Virus record (IMG/VR): IMGVR_UViG_3300044591_002232
Span: 62,001-126,000 of that record
DNA: 64,000 nucleotides
Direction: 5' to 3' (one strand)
The notes under the pieces were generated by a model. That model did not search any database, was not told the DNA's origin, and was given only the letters and a program-made list of their open reading frames with translations. Below are positions 33,406 through 45,018 of the stretch, one piece after another. The translations under genes were made by a program, and so were the position numbers. Every line of letters begins with the position of its first letter. Positions within the stretch are counted from its first letter, which is position 1.

Positions 33406-36400
33406 GAATTCCCGTTTCAACGATTGTAGATTCCCAATTACCACTTTTTGTAAGAGAAGAATATCCTCTATTTTCGGAATTCCTTCGTCAATATTATCTT
33501 TCCGACAAATCGGAAGAACTTATTCAAAATTTAGATAAAAATATTGATCTAGATGTAGTCTTTAATATTCGATTAGAGGCAATATTAGATCAAAATGTCG
33601 GTTTTAATGATACCACAATTACTGTTGATTCCACAGAAGGATTTCCGGATAATAATGGTCTAATTAAAATCAATAATGAAATTATCTTTTATAAATCAAA
33701 ATCAGAGACTCAATTTATCGGTTGTGTCAGAGGATTTAGTGGAATTACGAAACTTGATAGAAAGTTCCTAGAATTTTCTGAATCAGAAAGTGAGAGACAT
33801 TCAAGTGAATCTGTTGTTTTAAATTTGAGTGCCCTATATCTTCAGCAATTTGCAATACAAACCAAAAAGAAAATTATTCCAGGATTTGAAGATAGAAAAT
33901 TCTTCTCCGGTCTAAATGCATCTAATTTTGCAAAAAATGCCAAGTCTTTTTATTCTTCTAAGGGTTCTGATGAATCTTTTAGAATGTTGTTCGGGGCTCT
34001 TTATGGTAAGCCTGTTGATGTTATCAAGCCAAGAGATTTTCTAATTCGCCCATCAGATGCCCAGTATAGGGTCACCAAGGACCTCGTAGTGGAGGTTATT
34101 TCTGGTGATCCTTATGGTCTGATCAATTCCACTCTTTATCAGGATGCTACTTCATCCATAGAACCAGCCCAGGGGACGGTTATTGAGGCCACCAAGATCA
34201 TAAGAGACAATAAAGAATATTTTATTATTAGTCTTGATTTTGATTATAATCGAGATGTGGATGCATCTGGTACAGTAAAAAGTGAATTCAGTATTCACCC
34301 CAAAACATTATCCACTTCTAGAGTTAATTCAGGATCAGCCCATATTGATGTTGATTCAACCGTTGGGTTTCCAGATTCTGGTGAGTTAAAAATCAACCTA
34401 GAAGATGGAACAATCTTAACAGTATCTTATCAAAGTAAGGTTTTAAATCAATTTTTAGATTGTTCTGGTATTTCAAATACTATTCCAGAAAAATCAGAAA
34501 TTAAAATTGATAATTTGATTTATGGATTTGATAACAATGGAAATAGAGTTGAATTGTTTGTAAATGGGGTACTTGGTGATATTGATTATATTGACAATAC
34601 CTTCTATTATGAGCCAAAAGAAAAAATTAAAATCAAGACTTTAGGCGAAGACATTTCCGAACTGAAGGCTAACAACTGGTTCTTTAATATTTCAGTTACC
34701 TATGATGTTCAGGCAATTATAATAGAAGATTCTTCTAATTTTTCTTATAGGGTTTCTCTTTTTGATGAACATAATTTCGTAATTGGCGATTCCTTTACTC
34801 TCTACGCCTCTGATGATTCAAACTATAATGGAACCATAAACTTTGTAGAAAATGAGAAAATCGTAATTATCACGGGTACTGGTCCGTTAAACGAGATTTT
34901 ATCTTATACCATAAGAAAGAATATTTCAAAAGTAAATGTCCAGTCTGAAAAATATTCTAATATAAGCATCTTTAATTCAAATGTTCAAAACATTTACACT
35001 GATTATGATAAGAGTGTTTATGTTTCGTCACCGTCTCTCCCAACATATCTAGGATTTCCTCTTGAAATCAACGATTTTACTCTGACCATTCCTTCTGGTG
35101 ATTATGATGGCCTAGATCAGATAGTATTTTCCAGACCACACGGCCTGTTTACAGGAGAATCTGTTGTTCTTAAAAACCAAAATTCAATCGCAACGGATGG
35201 TTCTTATATTGTTTTTGTTGTTTCTATAGATACAATAAGACTAGCAAAAAGCCCAGAAAATATTATTTCTAATGAATTTGTTGTCTTCTCTGGGCAAATC
35301 TCAAATGGTTCTCTTGAGCCCCTAGGTTTTAATGACTTAAATTTCAATAGGCTTCCACTTCGACCACAAAATATCATTAAAAAATTAGAATCTCCTATCT
35401 TAAAGGACAAAGAAGAGGTTACTGAATCCGGAACTGTTGGTATTCTAATTAATGGGGTTGAAATTTCAAACTTTAAATCAGAAGATTCATCTTTCTATGG
35501 ACCTATTACATCTGTTGATGTTCTAGATGGTGGTGATAGTTACAATGTAATTCAACCACCCACAATAAATGTTGTTGACACAGTTGGCACTGGGGCCTCA
35601 TTATCTGTTGCGGTTGAGGGCTCTCTTGAGAGAATTGATGTAATTGATCCAGGGTTTGATTATCTTGATGTTCCACAAATTAAAATCACAGGTGGAAATG
35701 GTGCGGGTGCCGAAGCCACAGTAAAATTGGTTTCATTTATTCATTCTGTTGAATTTAATTCAGAGACAGCGGTTGATACTATAAATGACATTATTGTATT
35801 TACCGAGGATCACAAATTTGCAGATAATGAAGAGGTTATTTATAGAACCGACAACCAAAAGAATGTTGTCGGTATTGATACAAACTCAAAATACTATGTA
35901 AAGCCTCTTGATGCAAAAAGAGTTCAGTTATACTTTGCTCTTGATCAATCTACCCCAATTAATTTAAGTGGAATTGGGACCGGAATTCATTCATTGACTT
36001 CGATTAGTTCAAAGAAAAAAATTTCAAGAATAGAAGTCACAAATTCTGGTTCCGGGTATAAAAATAAGAGAGTAAAAATTGTTGGAATTAATACTGCATC
36101 AGATTCTTTGATTATTAATAATCATGGATATGTTTCTGGTGAGATTGTTGAATACAAGACTTCTGGATCACCAATTGTTGGTCTTGCCCAGACTACTCAA
36201 TATTACGTTACTGTCATTGATAACGATCAAATTAGACTTTCAGATACCTCTTCAATTGAAAGAGCCGATGTCAATTATAAAAAGAAAAAGTATGTAGATA
36301 TTTTATCATTACCTTCTGGAAATCATTATCTAAATTATCCCGAAATTAAAGTAGAGCTTTCTGGAAGAATAGGTATTTCCACTTTTTTGGGGCAAGATTT

Positions 36401-39400
36401 TAGAGGGCAAATTCAGCCGGTATTTTCTGGTAAAATTCAATCTATCCAAATAGATCAAGGCGGGCAGAATTATGGTTCAGCAAATATTTTAAATTATCAA
36501 AGAAAGCCCAATTTAATTATACAAGAAGGAAGAAATGCCCAAGTAACTCCAATTATCGTAAACGGTTCTATCTCTAGAGTAATTGTCAACTCCTCTGGTA
36601 GTGGATACCAGCAAATTCCAGAATTAGTTGTTGGTCCGGTGGATACCGGGGTCAATTTAACTCCTGTTATTGTTGAAGGAAAATTAGTTCAAGTAATTGT
36701 TGTTAATGGTGGACAAAATCTTAATCCAGATAATACTATTATTTCTGTAATTCCAAAAGGCTTTAATGCAAAGTTTAATGTAAATATAGCCTCAAGAAGA
36801 GTCAATCTAGTACAAAAATTAATATCGGGTGAAAATATAACAAAAGATGATGGTTTCTTGGCAAGAAACGTGAATTCTCTTGAATATACCCATCTTTATG
36901 CTCCAAGATCACTAAGAAGATCCCTACTTAGAAAAGTCGGAAATGTAAATGTCAGAGATTTAAACGTTGTTCAGGGGAAAGAAATTGCCTCAAATGCACA
37001 TTCCCCCCTTATTGGCTGGGCCTATGATGGAAATCCCATCTACGGACCCTATAGTTATGCAAATGGAAATTCTGGACAGGTAAGGGCTCTTAAATCTAGC
37101 TATAGAATAAAAACCACAACTGAACTAAGTCAAGAAAATAGACCCCCATTATCTATTTTCCCTATTGGCTTTTTTGTGGATGATTACTTGTTTGATGGTA
37201 GTGGAGACCTCGATGAGAATAATGGAAGATTCTGTATTACTCCAGAATTTCCCCAAGGAACCTATGCGTACTTCTGCACCATTTCAAATATTGTTGCAAG
37301 TTCTGGGCCATTTTTTAATTATTTTACTCCAGTGTTTCCTTATATTATTGGTCCAACATATAAAAATAAAAAAACATCACAAATTGACAAGTTTGAAGAT
37401 TTGGGAAATAAGATTTTAAGAAATACCACCCCATATAAACTATTAAATGATACAAGTAGATATGAATTCCTCTTAAATCCGAATAAAATAAAAGAAGAAT
37501 CTCTAGAGATCATAAAAACCAAAACTTCTTTTGTTGATGGTTTTGAAATTGTTGAATCTGGAAGTAATTATAAAGTTGAAGATTCTATTACTTTAAGTGA
37601 TGGGACAATTGCGAGAGTTAATGAAATTCAAGGTGTCGGGGTTTATTCAATTGGTGTTTCTCATACAACATTTTCTGGTCTAGAAATCATTCCATTTAAA
37701 AACTCACATATTGGCCTTTTTGAAAATCCACATAATATAGAAACCACTACCCCCTTTAGACTAAATTCAGAATTTGAACTCAACAAAAAAATAAAAGCAA
37801 CTCCGGTTCAAACTACTCTGTCACTATCGGCTCCTGTTGAACCGGGGGCTGTTACTGGATTCGTCACATATTTTAGTGTAGATGGTAATTTAAATTTCCC
37901 ACTTAAAGAGAATGATGTTTTTATTATTAATAACGAAAAAGTAAGAGTTCTTTCAATTGATTCAAAAGCATCTAGAATTAAAGTGCAGAGAGGATATGGT
38001 GGGTCTTCGGTGGGCATTTCTACTTACCCAATAAATACAACTCTTTCTGAAGATTCAAGAAAACTTACATTTAATATAGGTATTTCTACTTATTATAATT
38101 TTAAATTGAATCGGGAATACTATTTTAATCCAGTAGAATCTTTAGGAATTGGAACAGTAGGTATTTCTACTGTATTTTTCTCAAATCCTGGTCTTGGTGT
38201 TACATTCCTCACTATTCCTAATAAGACTATACTACTAGAAAATCATCAACTAGTTTCTGGAAATTCTCTATTCTATTCCAGTAACGGTGGCAGTCCAATT
38301 CAAGTTTCATTTAGTGGAATTGGGACGACTACCCTCCTAGAAAATCAGGAACTATTTGTAAACAAAATTAACAACGATCTCATTTCAATTTCCACCACAA
38401 GACAATCAGGAAATGAATTAAGTTTTGTTTCAATAGGAACCAGTGATAATCATAGTTTCAAAACAAATTTTGAGGGTAATTTTATTGCAAATATTTCAAA
38501 TAATAAAGTAAATGTAATCACAAATTCCAATCACGGTTTAAGTCTTCTTGACCAAGTAAATGTTAATGTTGTAAGTGGAATTACCACAAGTTACAGTATT
38601 TTTTATAATGATCATAATCGAAGATTCTGTGTCAATAAAAGATTCATAGATTCTATTGATGTTTTAACTAATGTTATTACATCAAATAATCATAAATTTA
38701 GACTTGGCGAAAAAGTAATTTATAATGAAACCTCTCCTATTGGTGGATTAACAGGCCAGGGAATGTATTATGTCATTCCCATCACTAAAAATCAGTTTAA
38801 ACTGGCCAATTCCTATTATGATGCGGTGACACCCCCACTAGAAGAAATTAATCTGACTTCTTCCGGTTCGGGTTTCTTCTATTCAATAAATCCAAAAATA
38901 GAAATTATTAAAAATCAAAATATTATTTTTGATGTTTCTGATTCCTCACTTTCTTATACAATTTCTGGGGAAATCTTTCCGGCATTTACATTAAGGTTAT
39001 ATGAAGATAAAGACCTGATTAATGAGTACTTTACATATAATCTGGCTCAAGAAGGAATAGTTGGAATTGATAGTACCGCAAAATATAAATTAACCACTGA
39101 AAATATTAAAGATAATTTATATTATGCTATCATCCCAACTTCGGAAGCCCCGGTCATTAAAAGAGAAATATCTTTTGACTTAGAGCAAATTGAGGCCTTT
39201 GGTTTACAAAAAATAGATAGCAAATATTCTGGGCCACATGAAATCATTTCAGTTGGCTCCACCACTTTCTCTTATGAACTTTTTGATTATCCAGAGGCAA
39301 ATTCTTATCAAAATTCAATAACTTACACAACAAATTCTAAGACTGCTATTGGACCTATTCACAATATTAAAGTAACTAATATAGAATATTCAAATACCCT

Positions 39401-41828
39401 GCCAGTAATAGATAAAATTGAAACACAATCTGGAACTGATGCTGTAATAAATCCAATTTCTAGCGATATTGGCCAAATTGAAAATACTAAGAAGTTAGAT
39501 ATTGGTTTTGATTATACTGTTGATTATACAATTAGACCAAAGGCAAATCTTCCTCAAATTTTAAGAATTGCGAGATTGTTCCAGTTGGAGTCAGTTACAG
39601 TAACTGAAAGAGGATTTGGATATTCATTTGCTCCAGATTTAATTCTGATTGATAAAACAACGAGAATCCCTCATACTGCGGAGTTAGATTATGATCTAGA
39701 TTCAAATCTGGTTAAAATAATTCAAAATACAAATAAAATTACAGATAATGGTGCTGAAATAATTCCAGTAAATAATGATAATGGGTTTGAAATTTCCGCA
39801 ATCACTTTTAACTCCGGAACAAAAATTGTAACGGTTCAATTAAAAAATCCTTTTAATAGTGTTGATGAATTTCCATTTTCTACTGGCGAATTTGTTTATA
39901 TTGAAGGAGTTTCTGCCATTAGTGGTTCTGGCTATAATTCAAGTAATTATGGGTATCAATATTTTGAAATTCTTTCCGGAAATGCTAATATTGGTGGCCT
40001 GGCTAATTTTACATTCGCCCTAGATCAAATAAATCCAGGAACAGTAGATGATTTCTATACTAGTGGTTTCGCTATTCCTCAGAAATATCTACCCTCTTTC
40101 GATATTAAACTAAAAACCAATATTTATCTTCGGGGTGAAAAATTTAGAACTCTTTCTAATAAGATTGGTGAAGTTATTAATTGGGATGTTGATAATTCTA
40201 TTCTCAAGGTAATTTCAGTAGATAAGATCAATACTGATGATATAATTTTTGGAGTAACAAGCAAGAACTATTCCGAGGTTACTTATGCATATTTACCGGA
40301 AGCATATATTGATATTGAACCAAGTTCAGTCGTACAAAAAGGCTGGAATAGCAATGTAGGGTTCTTAAATGATTCTCTTCAAAGACTGCATGATAGTGAT
40401 TATTATCAATATTTTTCATATGATTTAAGATCCGAAGAACAATATGTGGATTGGACTGATACCGTTGATTCATTAAATCACACTGCTGGTTTTAAAAAAT
40501 TTGGAAATCTTTTAATCAACACGACTCACGATAATGTTGGTTTCAACACAGAACAAGGTATTGGAACAGTTGAGGTTATTAATGATATTCAAAATGTTTT
40601 AGATGTGAATTGTGTCTATGACTTTGATTTGGTCACGGAAAATTATTTTGATATTGATGGTGTAACAAGTTCAAATGAAATCTACTTTAATAATAAAAGA
40701 ATCCAAAATTATATTGAATCAGTTGGTAATAAAGTTGTTCTCATTGACGATATTTCTGATAAATTTTTACCAGTTATAAGAGAAAATAATGTAGACATTG
40801 ATACTTTTAATAAATTTTTATATAGATTTAAAAAGTACACTATTCACATTTTTGATAGAAATGAACCTCAGGATTCTCAGTCTCTTTTGATTAATCTCTT
40901 GCACGATGACATCATTGTGTCAATAAATCAATATGTTGTAAATGATTCCATAAAGGAATTAGGAACATTCAACGCCGAGGTTAATGGTCTAAATATTAAT
41001 CTTAAATTTTTCCCATTTGATATTTCTAATAAAGTCTACTCTGTGAATACTTTTTCATTCAATATCAGTGATTCTGATGATGAACTTGGTTCCATTTCTT
41101 TAGGTGATGTTGTACAAATTAATTCACACAAAACAGTTGGGGTTGGGACAAGTACTAATACAATATTAAGTATTCCAGATTCAAAATCTGCAGCAAAGGT
41201 TCTTATTGTATATTCCGATAAAGAAAATGGAAACTATTATTCTGATGAAATAAACTATGTTCATGATGGGACAAACGTAATTTATAATTCTTATGGTGGT
41301 TTAAATATGGGAAATCCTTCTGGTGTGGGATCATATAATATTTACCTAGAAAATTCAGAAGTTAAAATTGATGTAGAACCGAACAGCTCCGCACCGTATG
41401 AAGTAAATTCTTTGTCCATTGAAATCTCAGGTACAACATCTACTAGCACTAGTTCTTTTATTATTAGTGGAAATAAATTAGATAGTTCTTATGTTGGCGT
41501 GGCTACTACTTCAAAAACCCTGATTTATTCTTATGATAATGATTTTAAGGCAGGTTCGCATCAAATATTAATTCAAGATAATAATTCAAGTTCTATCAAT
41601 TATACGGAATTATTAACCATGTTAAATAGTTCAAATCAAGAAATATATTCAGTGGAATTTGGTGATCTAAATATACAAAATTCAATAGGACAATTGGAAG
41701 TAGAATATTCAAATGTCAATGGCGATTTAGAAATATATTTTACCCCCTTTAGTAGTTCTGATTATGAAGTTAGGGTTTTTAGTAATTTAATTTCACGATT
41801 TAGAAGATCCGATACATTAATTCCATGA
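33402..41828 (+). CDS. gp7: Baseplate wedge initiator (gp7-like), 2808 aa
   Basis: SQLPLFVREEYPLFSEFLRQYY, FYSSKGSDES, C-terminal HTAGFKKFG; synteny. Confidence 0.75.
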   Translation: MRIPVSTIVDSQLPLFVREEYPLFSEFLRQYYLSDKSEELIQNLDKNIDLDVVFNIRLEAILDQNVGFNDTTITVDSTEGFPDNNGLIKINNEIIFYKSKSETQFIGCVRGFSGITKLDRKFLEFSESESERHSSESVVLNLSALYLQQFAIQTKKKIIPGFEDRKFFSGLNASNFAKNAKSFYSSKGSDESFRMLFGALYGKPVDVIKPRDFLIRPSDAQYRVTKDLVVEVISGDPYGLINSTLYQDATSSIEPAQGTVIEATKIIRDNKEYFIISLDFDYNRDVDASGTVKSEFSIHPKTLSTSRVNSGSAHIDVDSTVGFPDSGELKINLEDGTILTVSYQSKVLNQFLDCSGISNTIPEKSEIKIDNLIYGFDNNGNRVELFVNGVLGDIDYIDNTFYYEPKEKIKIKTLGEDISELKANNWFFNISVTYDVQAIIIEDSSNFSYRVSLFDEHNFVIGDSFTLYASDDSNYNGTINFVENEKIVIITGTGPLNEILSYTIRKNISKVNVQSEKYSNISIFNSNVQNIYTDYDKSVYVSSPSLPTYLGFPLEINDFTLTIPSGDYDGLDQIVFSRPHGLFTGESVVLKNQNSIATDGSYIVFVVSIDTIRLAKSPENIISNEFVVFSGQISNGSLEPLGFNDLNFNRLPLRPQNIIKKLESPILKDKEEVTESGTVGILINGVEISNFKSEDSSFYGPITSVDVLDGGDSYNVIQPPTINVVDTVGTGASLSVAVEGSLERIDVIDPGFDYLDVPQIKITGGNGAGAEATVKLVSFIHSVEFNSETAVDTINDIIVFTEDHKFADNEEVIYRTDNQKNVVGIDTNSKYYVKPLDAKRVQLYFALDQSTPINLSGIGTGIHSLTSISSKKKISRIEVTNSGSGYKNKRVKIVGINTASDSLIINNHGYVSGEIVEYKTSGSPIVGLAQTTQYYVTVIDNDQIRLSDTSSIERADVNYKKKKYVDILSLPSGNHYLNYPEIKVELSGRIGISTFLGQDFRGQIQPVFSGKIQSIQIDQGGQNYGSANILNYQRKPNLIIQEGRNAQVTPIIVNGSISRVIVNSSGSGYQQIPELVVGPVDTGVNLTPVIVEGKLVQVIVVNGGQNLNPDNTIISVIPKGFNAKFNVNIASRRVNLVQKLISGENITKDDGFLARNVNSLEYTHLYAPRSLRRSLLRKVGNVNVRDLNVVQGKEIASNAHSPLIGWAYDGNPIYGPYSYANGNSGQVRALKSSYRIKTTTELSQENRPPLSIFPIGFFVDDYLFDGSGDLDENNGRFCITPEFPQGTYAYFCTISNIVASSGPFFNYFTPVFPYIIGPTYKNKKTSQIDKFEDLGNKILRNTTPYKLLNDTSRYEFLLNPNKIKEESLEIIKTKTSFVDGFEIVESGSNYKVEDSITLSDGTIARVNEIQGVGVYSIGVSHTTFSGLEIIPFKNSHIGLFENPHNIETTTPFRLNSEFELNKKIKATPVQTTLSLSAPVEPGAVTGFVTYFSVDGNLNFPLKENDVFIINNEKVRVLSIDSKASRIKVQRGYGGSSVGISTYPINTTLSEDSRKLTFNIGISTYYNFKLNREYYFNPVESLGIGTVGISTVFFSNPGLGVTFLTIPNKTILLENHQLVSGNSLFYSSNGGSPIQVSFSGIGTTTLLENQELFVNKINNDLISISTTRQSGNELSFVSIGTSDNHSFKTNFEGNFIANISNNKVNVITNSNHGLSLLDQVNVNVVSGITTSYSIFYNDHNRRFCVNKRFIDSIDVLTNVITSNNHKFRLGEKVIYNETSPIGGLTGQGMYYVIPITKNQFKLANSYYDAVTPPLEEINLTSSGSGFFYSINPKIEIIKNQNIIFDVSDSSLSYTISGEIFPAFTLRLYEDKDLINEYFTYNLAQEGIVGIDSTAKYKLTTENIKDNLYYAIIPTSEAPVIKREISFDLEQIEAFGLQKIDSKYSGPHEIISVGSTTFSYELFDYPEANSYQNSITYTTNSKTAIGPIHNIKVTNIEYSNTLPVIDKIETQSGTDAVINPISSDIGQIENTKKLDIGFDYTVDYTIRPKANLPQILRIARLFQLESVTVTERGFGYSFAPDLILIDKTTRIPHTAELDYDLDSNLVKIIQNTNKITDNGAEIIPVNNDNGFEISAITFNSGTKIVTVQLKNPFNSVDEFPFSTGEFVYIEGVSAISGSGYNSSNYGYQYFEILSGNANIGGLANFTFALDQINPGTVDDFYTSGFAIPQKYLPSFDIKLKTNIYLRGEKFRTLSNKIGEVINWDVDNSILKVISVDKINTDDIIFGVTSKNYSEVTYAYLPEAYIDIEPSSVVQKGWNSNVGFLNDSLQRLHDSDYYQYFSYDLRSEEQYVDWTDTVDSLNHTAGFKKFGNLLINTTHDNVGFNTEQGIGTVEVINDIQNVLDVNCVYDFDLVTENYFDIDGVTSSNEIYFNNKRIQNYIESVGNKVVLIDDISDKFLPVIRENNVDIDTFNKFLYRFKKYTIHIFDRNEPQDSQSLLINLLHDDIIVSINQYVVNDSIKELGTFNAEVNGLNINLKFFPFDISNKVYSVNTFSFNISDSDDELGSISLGDVVQINSHKTVGVGTSTNTILSIPDSKSAAKVLIVYSDKENGNYYSDEINYVHDGTNVIYNSYGGLNMGNPSGVGSYNIYLENSEVKIDVEPNSSAPYEVNSLSIEISGTTSTSTSSFIISGNKLDSSYVGVATTSKTLIYSYDNDFKAGSHQILIQDNNSSSINYTELLTMLNSSNQEIYSVEFGDLNIQNSIGQLEVEYSNVNGDLEIYFTPFSSSDYEVRVFSNLISRFRRSDTLIP

Positions 41829-44800
41829 GCAATATTTCCTTTTCTTCTGGTTATGGTGAATATGTTAGCGGTGAGTTCTCTGGTGGGACTGCGTTTGAAC
41901 TTAAATCAAACGATAGATTTATTTTTTCTAGAGAATTTCTTGGAAATTCTTCATCATTTATAAATTTGACAGAAGATTGGTTCATCTTTACTCAACACAA
42001 TTTTATAACCGGGGAAGAGCTGATTTATAAATCAGACATTTCACCAATTAAAATCATTCCCACTGTAATTTCTGGTATAACAACTGATATTCTACCATCT
42101 AAACTTTATGCAGTGAAAGTTGATGTTTCAACCATAAGAGTATCCGCAACAAAAGAAGATTCTCTTCTGGCCGAACCAATTTATCTTGATTTAGATGATT
42201 ACGGATCTGGCAATCACTCAATATCATCTAAAGATCCAAATAAAAATACAATTATTACACTCAACAATATTATTCAAGATCCTATCGTATCAACAGCAAT
42301 TACTTCCTTTATTTTGGAATCAATAAATGATTCTGATCTATCAGTTCCTGTAAATAATCCCAATATTTTTAAAGGCGGTGAGTTATTTAAAATTGACGAT
42401 GAATATTTTAGAGTTCTTTCAGTTGGAGTAGGGACAACTAATAATCTATTTTTTGAAAGGGAGCTTCTAGGGACTGTTGGGGTTTCCCACACTTCAAATT
42501 CTGTTGTAACAAAAGTTAAAGGGAATTATAATATTGTAGATAGCTTTATTCATTTTACATATCCGCCCTATGGTAATTTCTTTGATTTAGAAAATGGTCT
42601 AACTAATGGATCTACTTTCAGTGGAAGGGTTTTTTTGAGATCTGGAATAAAAAATACCGATAAGGGACCTTATGATACCAATTACATCTTTGATGATATT
42701 TCACAACAGTTTGATGGACTGACTAAAAGTTTTAATCTTAAAGTAAATGAAAGTGATGTCACTGGAATTTCTACAGACAATACAATTCTCACAATTAATG
42801 ATGTATTCCAACCACCCTCTAGATTAACTGGCAACCCTATTCAGGGGGCCTATGTTTTAGAAGAAAATGTTGGAGTCACTTCCATTACATTTACAGGCAA
42901 CACAAATTTTGCAGAATATGACGTTAATTTGACTGAACTCCCTAGAGGAGGTATCATTTTTTCTGTTGCTTCTACTGAAGGATTCGGTTATCAGCCTCTG
43001 ATTTCTGCAGGTGGTACTGCAATCGTTTCCGCTGCAGGGACAATTCGATCAATCTCAATTGGTTATAGTGGTTCTGGTTATCGAAGTGGTATTCAGACAG
43101 TCAACGTTGGGGTTGGTTATAGTAACGTAGTCGGAGTAGATCTAGAAATTATCGGGACTGCGACCATTTCAAGTGGTGGAATCACAACAGTTGTAATTAG
43201 TAATCCAGGTTCTGGTTACACTTCTACAAACCCTCCAAGTGTTTATTTTGATGCGCCTCTAACATATTCAAATATTCCTTTGATTTATTCATCGGGATCT
43301 TCTGGAGTTGGAACGGAAGCAAGAATTAACATAGTAGTGGGACAGGGCTCTAGTGTTATCGATTTTACCTTAGATAATTTTGGTTATGGTTATCAGGGAG
43401 GAGATATATTAACTATTGCTGGAATTCCAACTACTAGCAGCGCAAACTTCAAAGAATTTAAAATCACCGTTGATAAAATCTTTAATGATGATTCTACAGT
43501 TAGAACAATTGGAGAGTTGATTATTTTTGACCCAATAGATAATCAGTTTAATGGAAGAAGAAGAGCATTTTCTCTAAGATTAAATGGACAGCAAACTGCC
43601 ATTCTTGCTAAAGTTGGATCTGATTTAAATGTAGAAAACTCTCTTCTGGTTTTTATCGATACAGTACTACAAGTTCCAAGAGAGTCTTATGAATTTGATG
43701 GTGGTAGTATTTTAACATTTAAAGAACCACCAAGAATTGGTTCAAAATCTACAATTCTGTTTTATGGTGGAACTGATAATGTAGATACTGAACTCAGAGA
43801 AGTGATTGAGACCGTTAAAATTGGGGACACTCTTACTATATTTGATAATGTAGATCGATTTAGAGATCAAAATTCAAGAACTGTCCAAGACATTATTTCT
43901 GCGGATACCGCAAGAACTAATATTTATAATAGACAAGGAATTTCAGTAGATGATGAAGTTCGTCCTGTTGAATGGTGCCCTCAAAATGTTGATAAATTTA
44001 TCTCTGGAATTCTAGTTACCAAAGACAGGATAATCTATGAATCACTAATCTATCCAACCGCATTTGCAATTTCTGGTATTGGTAGCACTTCTAGTGAAAT
44101 ATTCGTTGATAATGTCAAAACATTTTTTGATAATGCAAATGAATCTCCTGTAACGAACAACATACGAATAATCTCTCAAGCAGTACAGGAACAATGTTTA
44201 TTGTCGGCTGTTGTTTCTGTCGCTGGAACAATTTCATCAATTAATATTGATAAACCAGGATTTGGGTATTTCTCGACCCCACAAGTTTCAATTTCACCTC
44301 CAGTTGGATTGGGGACAACTGCGATGGCAACTGCAACAGCTCAAATAAATTCTAGTGGAATTGTCACTTCAGTGAATATAATTAATTCAGGGTTTGGTTA
44401 TACTTCAACTTCCCCTGTTTATGTTATTGTAGAATCACCAAGACAGATAATTGAAATTGCAGAAGAAGTCTCTTATCAAGGAGATTTTGGTATTATTTCT
44501 GGAATTGGAACTACTACAGGATCTATCATATTTGATCTTTATATTCCAAAAGAATCCTATCTAAGAAATTCGACCATCAATCAAGTTGGAGCCGGAATTT
44601 CTGGTTCAAGTGGAATTTCTACTGGTTATTATTTCTATGTGAGCAATACTTCTGTTGGTTCCACTATTTCTTCATTGGATTCTGGAAATAACGTAATAGG
44701 TATTTCTACTCAGTTTATAGACAATGTTTATCAGGTAGTTTCTACCACAACAAAGCAAAAAGTTGTAATTGGTGTTGGACTAACAACAGTGAGTGAGGTC

Positions 44801-44995
44801 GTTGTTAAGGTCAATAATAACTCTTCTCTTGTTGGGGTGGCTGGAAGTGGATATTATGGTGATTATAGTTGGGGAAGAATATATAATGTATCTAAATCTG
44901 GATCTAGCGAATTTGATTACTATGCACCAGGAATTACCACTTCTACAGTAATTCAGAGGCTTAATCCTCTAAAATACCTTGATTATTTGGTCTAA
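41825..44995 (+). CDS. Virion structural protein (baseplate-associated)
   Basis: GSGY Ig-like repeats; position between gp7 and gp8. Confidence 0.7.
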   Translation: MSNISFSSGYGEYVSGEFSGGTAFELKSNDRFIFSREFLGNSSSFINLTEDWFIFTQHNFITGEELIYKSDISPIKIIPTVISGITTDILPSKLYAVKVDVSTIRVSATKEDSLLAEPIYLDLDDYGSGNHSISSKDPNKNTIITLNNIIQDPIVSTAITSFILESINDSDLSVPVNNPNIFKGGELFKIDDEYFRVLSVGVGTTNNLFFERELLGTVGVSHTSNSVVTKVKGNYNIVDSFIHFTYPPYGNFFDLENGLTNGSTFSGRVFLRSGIKNTDKGPYDTNYIFDDISQQFDGLTKSFNLKVNESDVTGISTDNTILTINDVFQPPSRLTGNPIQGAYVLEENVGVTSITFTGNTNFAEYDVNLTELPRGGIIFSVASTEGFGYQPLISAGGTAIVSAAGTIRSISIGYSGSGYRSGIQTVNVGVGYSNVVGVDLEIIGTATISSGGITTVVISNPGSGYTSTNPPSVYFDAPLTYSNIPLIYSSGSSGVGTEARINIVVGQGSSVIDFTLDNFGYGYQGGDILTIAGIPTTSSANFKEFKITVDKIFNDDSTVRTIGELIIFDPIDNQFNGRRRAFSLRLNGQQTAILAKVGSDLNVENSLLVFIDTVLQVPRESYEFDGGSILTFKEPPRIGSKSTILFYGGTDNVDTELREVIETVKIGDTLTIFDNVDRFRDQNSRTVQDIISADTARTNIYNRQGISVDDEVRPVEWCPQNVDKFISGILVTKDRIIYESLIYPTAFAISGIGSTSSEIFVDNVKTFFDNANESPVTNNIRIISQAVQEQCLLSAVVSVAGTISSINIDKPGFGYFSTPQVSISPPVGLGTTAMATATAQINSSGIVTSVNIINSGFGYTSTSPVYVIVESPRQIIEIAEEVSYQGDFGIISGIGTTTGSIIFDLYIPKESYLRNSTINQVGAGISGSSGISTGYYFYVSNTSVGSTISSLDSGNNVIGISTQFIDNVYQVVSTTTKQKVVIGVGLTTVSEVVVKVNNNSSLVGVAGSGYYGDYSWGRIYNVSKSGSSEFDYYAPGITTSTVIQRLNPLKYLDYLV

Positions 44996-45018
44996 ATAGC
45001 TAATAAAAATCATAACCA

